From positions 1 through 46,261 of the IMG/VR virus record IMGVR_UViG_3300008807_000161: DNA of 46,261 nucleotides, one strand, 5' to 3'. Below the pieces are notes generated by a model that was given only the letters and a program-made list of their open reading frames with translations, ran no database searches and was not told the origin of the DNA. Origin of the DNA: a virus. Below are positions 11,708 through 19,644 of the stretch, one piece after another. A program made the position numbers and the translations under genes. Numbering within the stretch: the first letter of the stretch is position 1; every line of letters starts with the position of its first letter.

Positions 11708-11766
11708 CCATCAATACATTTGCAGCGAACCTGCATCAAAACTGTATCTGAAAGGACAAAAGCAAA

Positions 11767-12075
11767 ATGCAACACAATCTTGATCCAGCGTTGGGACAAA
11801 TCGCCTTACCGCTTCTCCTCGCTATCGCCGTGCTGATTTACGGCGTCCTGCACGGCGCGCTGATTGTGTGGGTGTGGCGCAACCGTGAACCCCTCATCAT
11901 TCCGACGCTGCTCTTTATGAGTCCGGTTGGCGTTGGTGCTTGCGTCTTGGCGACCGTGCCATTCGTCGGCTGGACAGCGGCGTTGGCGGTCAGTATCGCG
12001 TTGGCCGTGGGGTTCACGCCAGTGGTGCTGATCGTCGGCTGGGCGATTTTCAACCGCCAGGAGCGTGGCCTATGA
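11767..12075 (+). CDS. Integral membrane protein (about 3 TM helices).
   Basis: Hydrophobic segments LPLLLAIAVLIYGVLHGALIVWVW, IIPTLLFMSPVGVGACVLATVPFVGW and ALAVSIALAVGFTPVVLIVGWAIF. Confidence 0.7.
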   Translation: MQHNLDPALGQIALPLLLAIAVLIYGVLHGALIVWVWRNREPLIIPTLLFMSPVGVGACVLATVPFVGWTAALAVSIALAVGFTPVVLIVGWAIFNRQERGL

Positions 12076-12278
12076 ACGCTCGGCGACAAGTGGGCGGCTA
12101 TGCGTGGCGTGACGAGTTGGAGGGCGTCCGTCGTCATTGCGACGATGTGGCACGAGGATTGACCGAATTGAGCAAACATGCTCGCACGGTCGAAGTGTCA
12201 AACCTGATTACTCGGTTGGTGGTGTCGAATTCGCAGATCGCGCTCGCCGTGATGGATTTACGGGATTACAAGCCATGA
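12072..12278 (+). CDS. Hypothetical protein (68 aa).
   Basis: ATG 12072 overlaps the upstream TGA (ATGA). This is ORF 11940..12278 trimmed. Confidence 0.55.
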   Translation: MNARRQVGGYAWRDELEGVRRHCDDVARGLTELSKHARTVEVSNLITRLVVSNSQIALAVMDLRDYKP

Positions 12279-12631
12279 ACGCTATTCAACCTAGCCTCTT
12301 TGAAATTCAGCCAACTGTCACACCGCAATATGCCCGCGAAGCGACGATCCAGGAACGCTTTGACGCTTGGATTGAAGCGAATCCAACCTTTTGGCGGGCG
12401 TTTGTGGGTCTGTGTTTGCAAATGCGCCAACAGGGGATGCGCCGCTGGGGGTCTAAGGCAGCGGTGGAAGTGCTGCGCTATGCGGCGTACACGCAGACCA
12501 TCGGGGACGGTTTTAAAATTCCGAACGATTACAGTTCGCGACTGGCACGAAAAGCTATGCGCGAAGTCCCCGAACTGAGTGATTTTTTCGAGTGCCGTGA
12601 ACTTCGCGAACAAGGGTGCAATCATGACTAA
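12275..12631 (+). CDS. Hypothetical protein (118 aa).
   Basis: ATG 12275 is in an ATGA overlap. Sequence is MNAIQPSLFEIQPTVTPQYAREATIQERFDAW... No family recognised. Confidence 0.6.
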   Translation: MNAIQPSLFEIQPTVTPQYAREATIQERFDAWIEANPTFWRAFVGLCLQMRQQGMRRWGSKAAVEVLRYAAYTQTIGDGFKIPNDYSSRLARKAMREVPELSDFFECRELREQGCNHD

Positions 12632-12767
12632 TCAAGAGCATAGCAAACAGACTGAGCGCGAAGCGTTGGATTGGGTATACGTCGCTATCGCCACCGCTAT
12701 CATCGTCGCGTTGATTTTGGCCGCAGTTGGCGGCCACCATGTCGTTTCGTTGGGGGTGCAGCCATGA
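12624..12767 (+). CDS. Small single-pass membrane protein (47 aa).
   Basis: ATG 12624. TM segment WVYVAIATAIIVALILAAVGG. Overlaps both neighbouring genes. Confidence 0.5.
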   Translation: MTNQEHSKQTEREALDWVYVAIATAIIVALILAAVGGHHVVSLGVQP

Positions 12768-13015
12768 TTGAACTTACTAAGCGCGAATGGATGGTACTGA
12801 CCTGCATCACCACCTATCGACGAGAGCATGGTTATGCGCCCTCGGTCAATGACATCGCCAAGTCCATCGGCAAGCGCGCAGGCGGCACTATCACAGGCGC
12901 GCTACGCAGGCTGGAAGGGAAGGGCGTGATTACCTTTGGACGCAAGAACATTAAATGCCGTCAAGAGCGCGCCATTGGTTTGATTCCAGGGGTTTGGGTG
13001 GGGGTGAAACTGTGA
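12764..13015 (+). CDS. LexA-N-terminal-type winged-helix DNA-binding protein (DNA-binding domain only, 83 aa).
   Basis: MIELTKREWMVLTCITTYRREHGYAPSVNDIAKSIGKRAGGTITGALRRLEGKGVITF parallels E. coli LexA residues [55 protein letters not shown]. There is no linker or S24 domain. Confidence 0.65.
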   Translation: MIELTKREWMVLTCITTYRREHGYAPSVNDIAKSIGKRAGGTITGALRRLEGKGVITFGRKNIKCRQERAIGLIPGVWVGVKL

Positions 13016-15573
13016 AGCACGAACGCGCACGAGCTTATGAGGATTTCTTGCGGGGCAAAGTGCAGACCGGCACGGAAACAGGATTCGCAGTTGACCAGAT
13101 GCACCCCTCGCTGTTTGGGCATCAACAAGACGCTATCCGTTGGGCAGCGCGCCGTGGGCGGGCGTTGATCGCCGCTAAATTTGGGCTTGGCAAAACCCGT
13201 ATGCAAGTCGAGTTATTGCGCCAAGCCCATCAGCGCACAGGCAAGCCGGTCTTGGCGATTTGCCCGCTGGGGGTGCGTCATCAATTCGTGGTTGAAGATG
13301 GCCCCGCGATGAGTGTGCAGTTTGCCTATGTGCGGACAGACGCAGAGTTTGAAGCGGCAAGCACGCCGTATCTCATCACCAACTATGAGCGCGTCCGCGA
13401 CGGCAATATCACGACGGCTGCGCTCGGCACGGTGGGCGCGGTGAGTCTTGATGAGGGCGCAATCCTGGGCAATCTTGGCACAAAGACACAAGACCAGTTC
13501 AACATGCTCTTGGCAGAGATTCCCTATCGCTGGGTGGCGACAGCGACGCCAGCGCCGAATGACTATCGCCAGATGATTTACTTTGCCGATTTCCTTGACG
13601 TAATGGATGCAGGGCAGGCGTTAACGCGTTTCTTTGGCCGCAACCCAGACAAGGCGGGCGATCTCCAACTCATGCCGCACATGGAAAAAGACTTTTGGCT
13701 ATGGGTGGCATCGTGGGCTTTGTTCGTCGATACGCCGTCGGATTTGGGCTATTCCGATGATGGCTATGTCATGCCTGAGCTTGACATTCGTTGGCACAGG
13801 ATCACGGCTGACCACGAAAAAGCGTTTGAGATGGTTGATCAATTCGGTCAACGTTTTTTGCTCAAAGACACCGCCGCCGGCGTCACCCAAGCCATGAAGG
13901 AAAAGCGCGACAGTCTTGGCGCGCGCGTGGCGACGGCTTTGCAGATTGTTGAGAGCTACGAATCTGAGCAGATGGTCATTTGGTGCAATCTCAACGATGA
14001 ACAGTCTGCGCTTGAGCGCGGTCTCAAGGCGAGGGGCATCACTTATGCCTCGGTGCATGGGTCGCTTGCGCCAGAAGAACAAGAGGAACGGCTCTATCAG
14101 TGGAAAGATCGCCATTGCCGTGTGCTGATTGCCAAGCCATCGATGCTGGGCAGCGGCGTGAACTTGCAGCAAGCGCATGTCGCCATCTATGCCGGTCTGG
14201 ATTTTAAGTTTCGTGACTTTATCCAGTCGGTGCATCGGCTCCAACGCTACGGTCAAACGCAGACCGTAGAACTGCACGCTATCCACACAGATGCCGAGGA
14301 TCACGTTGTCGAAATCCTTATGGGCAAGTGGCGCCAACATGACGCGATGGTGGCACGGATGCGCGGCATTGTGCAGGAGTATGGTCTGACTAACGAGGCG
14401 TTGGCAAGTGAAATGCGCCGCACGCTCGGCGTCACCCGCCAAGAGCGCACGGGACACTTCTACACGATCATCAACAATGACTGCGTGTCAGAAACAATGG
14501 CGATGGCTGATAACTCAGTAGACGAGATTGTGACCAGTATCCCCTTTGGCAATCATTACGAGTATGTTGCCAGTCTCAACGACTTCGGACATAACCCCTC
14601 GGATGCTGATTTTTGGGTACAGATGGATTTCTTGATTCCTGAGCTTCTGCGAGTCCTTAAGCCAGGGCGCATGTGCTGTATTCATGCCAAAGACCGGTTG
14701 CTCTATGGGCATCAAACCCCACACGGCATGATGGAAGTTGACTACTTCACGCATGATTGCGCCCGCGCCTTTCGTAAGCACGGATTTGTCAGCTATGGCG
14801 AAATCTTTATTCCAACCGATGTGGTGCGCGAAAACAACTCTACGAATCGCTTGGGTTGGTCTGAGAACTGCAAAGATTCGTCGAAAATGGGCGTTGGCTT
14901 ATCGGAGAAGGTTTTACTTTTCCGCAAGCCGCAAACGGACAAGACCCGCTCTTATGCCGATGAGCCGGTGCGTAAGGATAAACGCGAGTACAGTCGCGGT
15001 CGCTGGCAGATTGACGCGCATAGTTTGTGGCGGTCGAACGGCCACGCGCTCGAAACGCCAGCCGATAACCCCGCTCTTTTGCAGGGCATGGATGGCAGCC
15101 AAGTCTTTAACTGGTATCGCGAATGGTCGAAAGAAAATCCTTACGACTACCACCAGCATGTCGCCTTCAATGAGGCGATGGGCGACCGCTTGCCCGCCAA
15201 GTTCATGCTTATGCCACCGCAAGCCCCGAATGAGTACGAGGAGACGGCGTGGACAGATGTGCTGTTCATGCGAACGCTAAACATGAGTCAAGCGCGGCGG
15301 CGCGTGGAGAAGCACATTTGCCCGTTGCCCCTGGACATCGTCGAACGGCTGATTGTTCGTTACAGCAATCCAGATGACCTGGTGTTTGACCCCTTTAGCG
15401 GTATCGGCACGACGGGCTACATGGCCGTGAAACTGGGGCGGCGGGCGATTGGCACGGAATTGAATTCGACCTACTTCGAGGCAGCGGTCAAATATCTGCA
15501 AGATGCGGAGATGGAGCGACAGACCGCAACGCTCTTCGACCTCGACACCCTCGCCATCGAAACCGCCGATTAA
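13012..15573 (+). CDS. SNF2-family helicase fused to a beta-class (N6_N4-type) DNA methyltransferase.
   Basis: GTG 13012 is in a GTGA overlap. Helicase motifs are GLGKT, SLDEGA and a helicase-C region SVHGSL...LIAKPSMLGSGVNLQ...HRLQRYGQT. Methyltransferase motif IV-like is VTSIPFG and motif I is FDPFSGIGTTG. The order IV then I indicates the beta class. Confidence 0.8.
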   Translation: MKHERARAYEDFLRGKVQTGTETGFAVDQMHPSLFGHQQDAIRWAARRGRALIAAKFGLGKTRMQVELLRQAHQRTGKPVLAICPLGVRHQFVVEDGPAMSVQFAYVRTDAEFEAASTPYLITNYERVRDGNITTAALGTVGAVSLDEGAILGNLGTKTQDQFNMLLAEIPYRWVATATPAPNDYRQMIYFADFLDVMDAGQALTRFFGRNPDKAGDLQLMPHMEKDFWLWVASWALFVDTPSDLGYSDDGYVMPELDIRWHRITADHEKAFEMVDQFGQRFLLKDTAAGVTQAMKEKRDSLGARVATALQIVESYESEQMVIWCNLNDEQSALERGLKARGITYASVHGSLAPEEQEERLYQWKDRHCRVLIAKPSMLGSGVNLQQAHVAIYAGLDFKFRDFIQSVHRLQRYGQTQTVELHAIHTDAEDHVVEILMGKWRQHDAMVARMRGIVQEYGLTNEALASEMRRTLGVTRQERTGHFYTIINNDCVSETMAMADNSVDEIVTSIPFGNHYEYVASLNDFGHNPSDADFWVQMDFLIPELLRVLKPGRMCCIHAKDRLLYGHQTPHGMMEVDYFTHDCARAFRKHGFVSYGEIFIPTDVVRENNSTNRLGWSENCKDSSKMGVGLSEKVLLFRKPQTDKTRSYADEPVRKDKREYSRGRWQIDAHSLWRSNGHALETPADNPALLQGMDGSQVFNWYREWSKENPYDYHQHVAFNEAMGDRLPAKFMLMPPQAPNEYEETAWTDVLFMRTLNMSQARRRVEKHICPLPLDIVERLIVRYSNPDDLVFDPFSGIGTTGYMAVKLGRRAIGTELNSTYFEAAVKYLQDAEMERQTATLFDLDTLAIETAD

Positions 15574-15597
15574 CTCACACTCGACAGGAACCTAGAC

Positions 15598-16731
15598 ATG
15601 AAAATCTCTTGCACACAACAGGGGTTAGCTAAAGGCATTGCGATGGTACAGCGCGCTGTGTCGCCGCGTAGCACGCTGCCCGTTCTCGGCAACATTTTGC
15701 TGGAAGCACACGGCGGGCAACTGCGCTTAGTTGCCAGTAACCTGGATATTACATCCGCATGTTGGATCGCGGCGGATATTGTTGAGGAGGGGGCGATTAC
15801 CGTTCCCGCGCGGCTTTTTGGCGAGATGGTGACGAAGTTATTGCCAGGGCGCGTTGACCTTGCGCTTGATGCCAAGACACTCTCGGTGCATCTGACATCC
15901 GGCAATTTCAAGGCGAAGGTGGCGGGGATTGATGCCAACGATTTTCCGCAAACGCAGGGCGATGCGACCGGCGGCATTGAACTGGATGCCAGGCGACTAG
16001 CGGAAATGATTGACCAGGTGGCCTTTGCCGCCACTACCGACCTGTCACGACCGAATCTCATGTGCGTGCAATGTCGCATTGGCGCAAATCTAGCGATGGC
16101 CGCCACCGATGGGTTTCGGCTCGGCGTGCGAAGCGTGCCGCTTGACCCTGGCGCGTCCGACCGCGAGGTGTTGATACCCGCCACAAGCATCAACGAATTG
16201 GGGCGTATCCTTGCCGACGCTGATACCGAAAAGCCGGTGGTGATGAGCGGCGATGCAAGACGCGCCGTTTTTGCGGTCGATGGCAAAGGCAGTGTTTTAC
16301 GCGCCGAATTGTCCACTCAACTTGTTGATGGCAAATATCCTGATTATCGGGCCATCATCCCCAAACACAGCACGACAACCGTTGTGGTCAATAATGCCGC
16401 TCTGTTGCGCTCGCTGCAAATGGCGCGCCTCTTTGCCAAAGGGGATCAGCAGGTCGTCACGTTGACCGCTAATCCGGGCGATTGCCTGAAAGTCTCGGCA
16501 GTCAATGACGCCAACGGGCAGAGTGATGATGCGTTGGAGGCGGAGATCAAGGGCGAACCGGTGACGATTGCGCTGAATGTCAGCTATCTAATCGCTCTAT
16601 GCAGCCGCTTGGACGATGCCGATTTATTGATCGAGATGACGACTGCTAATCGGCCTGTTTCCTTGCGCCCAGCATCGTCTGACCCAGATGAGTTTATCCA
16701 CGTCATTATGCCGATTAACCGCACCAAATAG
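15598..16731 (+). CDS. dnaN: DNA polymerase III beta subunit-like sliding clamp.
   Basis: 377 aa. The N-terminus MKISCTQQGLAKGIAMVQRAVSPRSTLPVLGNILLEA and the overall three-domain length are typical of DnaN. Confidence 0.85.
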   Translation: MKISCTQQGLAKGIAMVQRAVSPRSTLPVLGNILLEAHGGQLRLVASNLDITSACWIAADIVEEGAITVPARLFGEMVTKLLPGRVDLALDAKTLSVHLTSGNFKAKVAGIDANDFPQTQGDATGGIELDARRLAEMIDQVAFAATTDLSRPNLMCVQCRIGANLAMAATDGFRLGVRSVPLDPGASDREVLIPATSINELGRILADADTEKPVVMSGDARRAVFAVDGKGSVLRAELSTQLVDGKYPDYRAIIPKHSTTTVVVNNAALLRSLQMARLFAKGDQQVVTLTANPGDCLKVSAVNDANGQSDDALEAEIKGEPVTIALNVSYLIALCSRLDDADLLIEMTTANRPVSLRPASSDPDEFIHVIMPINRTK

Positions 16732-16747
16732 CCGAAAGGAGAAAAGC

Positions 16748-16987
16748 ATGTCACTCATTTTTGGTAGCGAAGAAGCCAATGAGATTCGCCGGCGCGATAT
16801 TGCGAACGGCGTGCTGTCTGACCACGCAGATTATGGCAGTCCCGCACCCCGCCCAGAGCGCGACGCCTGGGGCGATTGGATTCAGTACAGCGACGATGCG
16901 AATGGCGATCTGGCTTGGCCGCTGTACATGGCAATGAGCGATGCAGACATTGACGCAGAGGCACTCGCTACGGAGGCCACATCATGA
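16748..16987 (+). CDS. Hypothetical acidic protein (79 aa).
   Basis: ATG 16748 follows GAAAGGAGAAAAGC. Confidence 0.6.
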   Translation: MSLIFGSEEANEIRRRDIANGVLSDHADYGSPAPRPERDAWGDWIQYSDDANGDLAWPLYMAMSDADIDAEALATEATS

Positions 16988-17181
16988 TCCTGCGTATTCC
17001 AGAAGCCATTTACATCAACCGCAACCTTCGCCCAAAAGACGACCCACAAGAAGTGGAAGTCGAATTGGTTGACAACACGCTCTGGTTTGGGTTCAACGAC
17101 GGAGCGATCAACCTCTGCCTGACTCTCGACGAAATGCGCGCCATCATGCGCCTCTTTGACGCGCCGGGTGGTGATTCATGA
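16984..17181 (+). CDS. Hypothetical protein (65 aa).
   Basis: ATGA overlap with the upstream gene. Confidence 0.55.
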   Translation: MILRIPEAIYINRNLRPKDDPQEVEVELVDNTLWFGFNDGAINLCLTLDEMRAIMRLFDAPGGDS

Positions 17182-17336
17182 AGCGCATCCGTCGCATTGT
17201 AAAGGTTCCATGCCCTGATTGTTGGGGGACGGGATTGGAGACAGGTGGCAAATGCCGGACGTGCAAAGGCACAGGCGAAGTGGAACGCTGGGTTGTCGAG
17301 ATTGTGCATGAGGACAACGAGGCAAAGGAGACATGA
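17178..17336 (+). CDS. Small DnaJ-type zinc-finger protein (52 aa), below the ORF-track cutoff.
   Basis: MKRIRRIVKVPCPDCWGTGLETGGKCRTCKGTGEVERWVV... has two CxxCxGxG motifs. It has ATGA overlaps on both sides. Confidence 0.6.
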   Translation: MKRIRRIVKVPCPDCWGTGLETGGKCRTCKGTGEVERWVVEIVHEDNEAKET

Positions 17337-17590
17337 GTGACGCCTATCAACTATCCATGCACGCTATCCAACGCATCGAACAGCGCAGACTCCGTGCCGA
17401 ATGGCTCGTGGCTGCGCTGGAAGGCAAACAGGCGCGGCAAGGGGACGGGACGATCATTTGTTGCGACCCAGAGACACGCTGCGCCCTGGTGATTGATCCC
17501 AAGTCCAAGCTCGTGATTACCGCACTCAAGTTGCGTCCCGCTAAGTTCCGCAGAATTTACTCAAGGAGTAGAAGCTACTATGGCCGTTGA
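17333..17590 (+). CDS. DUF4258-like small protein.
   Basis: The pattern SMHAIQRIEQRRL....V..AL..G...........LVID......VITAL resembles DUF4258. Confidence 0.45.
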   Translation: MSDAYQLSMHAIQRIEQRRLRAEWLVAALEGKQARQGDGTIICCDPETRCALVIDPKSKLVITALKLRPAKFRRIYSRSRSYYGR

Positions 17591-18128
17591 ATGGACATCC
17601 GCCCCACAGCACATCATCGACCTCGCCAAGCGCATTATTCGCGAGCATCACCCCAAGCTCGCCGATGCGCGGATCGCTTTCATCATGCGAAGCGAAGCCC
17701 CGACCTCGAACGGCAAGACGACTTACGGCAAGGCCAAGAAGGTGAGCGCCGAGCTTCAAGTTCACATCCCCTTTGATTTCATTATCTGGTTGGCAACCGA
17801 CGAATACCGGACGATGACCCAGTTGCAACGGGAAGCGTTGATTGACCACGAACTGAGTCACTGTCACTGGGACGGACTGAACGCCAGTATGCGTCCCCAC
17901 GATGTCGAAGAGTTCAGCCACATCATCGAACGCTACGGCTTTTGGTGGCCGGGTGCAAAGTCCTTTGCCGACGCGGTGCAACAGGCGTTGCCCATCACGG
18001 CGACCGAGCCGCGCACGGGGACGGTCGGCACTCTCGACATGGGCAAAATCCTGCACAGCGTCGCTGAGGGACTGCGCGCCGAGGGTATCGACGCTGAGGT
18101 CGTGCCAGCAACAAGTCGGGAGCGATAA
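17580..18128 (+). CDS. Putative phage metallopeptidase (HExxH).
   Basis: IDHELSHC (HELSH), preceded by GKAKKVS...FDFIIWL. This resembles the phage metallopeptidase family commonly found in replication modules. Confidence 0.6.
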   Translation: MAVEWTSAPQHIIDLAKRIIREHHPKLADARIAFIMRSEAPTSNGKTTYGKAKKVSAELQVHIPFDFIIWLATDEYRTMTQLQREALIDHELSHCHWDGLNASMRPHDVEEFSHIIERYGFWWPGAKSFADAVQQALPITATEPRTGTVGTLDMGKILHSVAEGLRAEGIDAEVVPATSRER

Positions 18129-18130
18129 CG

Positions 18131-18274
18131 ATGTTCGACCGCCAACTCTCGCTATCCATTGATGCAATCCACGATGAACTGGATCACCTTGCGTTCGAGC
18201 GAGGGTGGCGGGCTTGGCTGCGAACACACTATCTGCGCTGGAAGCTGCGCCGCCTCGAACGGATGATCCCATGA
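18131..18274 (+). CDS. Small hypothetical protein (47 aa), below the ORF-track cutoff.
   Basis: ATG 18131 lies 3 nt after the upstream TAA. It ends in an ATGA overlap with the helicase start. Sequence is MFDRQLSLSIDAIHDELDHLAFERGWRAWLRTHYLRWKLRRLERMIP. Confidence 0.45.
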   Translation: MFDRQLSLSIDAIHDELDHLAFERGWRAWLRTHYLRWKLRRLERMIP

Positions 18275-19443
18275 AGCCAGCCACGCAAGAAAACCAGCCT
18301 CCTCCCGAAATCGACTTTGGGCATGGTCTCAATGGGGCATATCACATTGCGCCGGAAGATGCGGAGATTGAGGCGCGGGCTGAACGGCTCGTCGGCAAGT
18401 GGAAACTGCGCTCGTTGGCAGATGCCTATGCCGAGCGTCCGCCGCTGCACTTCCTCGTCGATGGCCTGCTACCCTGTCCATCGCTCTCGATTGTCTATGG
18501 CGGCCCTGGCAGTCTCAAGTCCATGCTATTGGCTGACTTGGCCGTTGCTATCGTTGCCGGCGCGAAGTGGTTGGAACCGCTGCCCACCAGTACCAGTGAG
18601 CCAGGTGTCACATTTGCCACGTCGCAGGCAGCTGTGTTGTGGGTAGACTTCGACAATGGTATTCGGCGCACGGACGAACGCATTGAAGCGTTTGCGCGCG
18701 CCCGGCAACTGGCGCCAGACGCGCCACTGCACTATGTCTCGATGCCACAGCCGTGGCTTGACGCAAGCAAAGCCACGATGATGGCCGAACTAGCCGAGTT
18801 GATCACGACACTCAACGCCAAGCTCATCATCATTGACAACCTAGGTCTCATCACCGGCGACACCGAGGAAAACAGCGGTGAAATGGCGCAGGTGATGGGA
18901 AACTTGCGGTGGTTATGCGAAGAGACTGAAAGCGCGGTAATTGTGGTGCATCACCAGCGTAAGAGCAGCGGCACAAATGACAAGGGCATTCGCAAGGGCG
19001 AGATGCTGCGTGGACATAGCAGTATCGAGGCTGCGCTCGACTTGGCCTTGCTCGTTGAACGCAAAGAAGGCGAGGATGCAGTTGCTGTCATCCCAACTAA
19101 AGTGCGCGGCTTCAAGGAATACAACATCTTTGGCGCGCATTTCACATATGACCATCGCCCCGGCACGAAGGATTTGGCAATGGGGCGTTTCTACTCCTTA
19201 ACTGTAACAAGCAAAGAAGAGCGTGAAGTTGAGGCCATTCAGGATGCGATTAAGGCGATCCTGCGCGGTGGCTCGGTGAACACGACTAACCTGGTGAGCG
19301 CAGTCAGAGACAAGCTGGCGGCCATCCCAGGTGGCACGGCCCCTGGCATCAACAAGGTGCGCGGCATTCTCAAAAACATGGTCGAAGCCAACGCAGTAAT
19401 TGAGGACGGCAATGGCGGGGGCAGGGTTTACAGGCTCATTTAG
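18271..19443 (+). CDS. RecA-fold replicative helicase/ATPase (AAA_25 / RepA-like).
   Basis: ORF 18205..19443 trimmed to ATG 18271. Walker A-like YGGPGSLKS, Walker B KLIIIDNLG, and VIVVHHQRK. Confidence 0.75.
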   Translation: MKPATQENQPPPEIDFGHGLNGAYHIAPEDAEIEARAERLVGKWKLRSLADAYAERPPLHFLVDGLLPCPSLSIVYGGPGSLKSMLLADLAVAIVAGAKWLEPLPTSTSEPGVTFATSQAAVLWVDFDNGIRRTDERIEAFARARQLAPDAPLHYVSMPQPWLDASKATMMAELAELITTLNAKLIIIDNLGLITGDTEENSGEMAQVMGNLRWLCEETESAVIVVHHQRKSSGTNDKGIRKGEMLRGHSSIEAALDLALLVERKEGEDAVAVIPTKVRGFKEYNIFGAHFTYDHRPGTKDLAMGRFYSLTVTSKEEREVEAIQDAIKAILRGGSVNTTNLVSAVRDKLAAIPGGTAPGINKVRGILKNMVEANAVIEDGNGGGRVYRLI

Positions 19444-19644
19444 GGTTGACAGAGACCCCGTAAACCCTCGTAAACCCTGGGTTCTCTCACACTGGAGCCA
19501 ATTTGAGGGTTTACGGGCATGGTTTTTATGGGTTTACGGGGGATTTACACCCTCTACTCGACAAGGTTTTCGAGAGTTTACAGCATTTTTCCATAGGGTT
19601 TACGGGTTTACTACTACTATTAAAGTAGTAAACCCGTAAACCCT
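19423..19644. repeat. Iteron array (putative origin of replication): 12 copies of AGGGTTTACG / CGTAAACCCT.
   Basis: Perfect 10-mers lie at 19459, 19469 and 19635 (CGTAAACCCT) and at 19506 and 19595 (AGGGTTTACG). Degenerate copies lie at 19423, 19442, 19529, 19540, 19573, 19603 and 19627. AT-rich stretches lie between them. Confidence 0.7.
19595..19644. repeat. Perfect 21-bp inverted repeat built from iteron pairs.
   Basis: AGGGTTTACGGGTTTACTACT (19595..19615), loop ACTATTAA, AGTAGTAAACCCGTAAACCCT (19624..19644). Confidence 0.9.

Noticed and set aside
19423-19644. The possibility that the clustered repeats are a CRISPR array.
   Set aside because: The repeat unit is only about 10 bp. Copies occur in both orientations, some abutting or overlapping, with irregular 0-40 bp gaps and no spacer-like unique segments of constant length. 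This is the pattern of iterons, not CRISPR.
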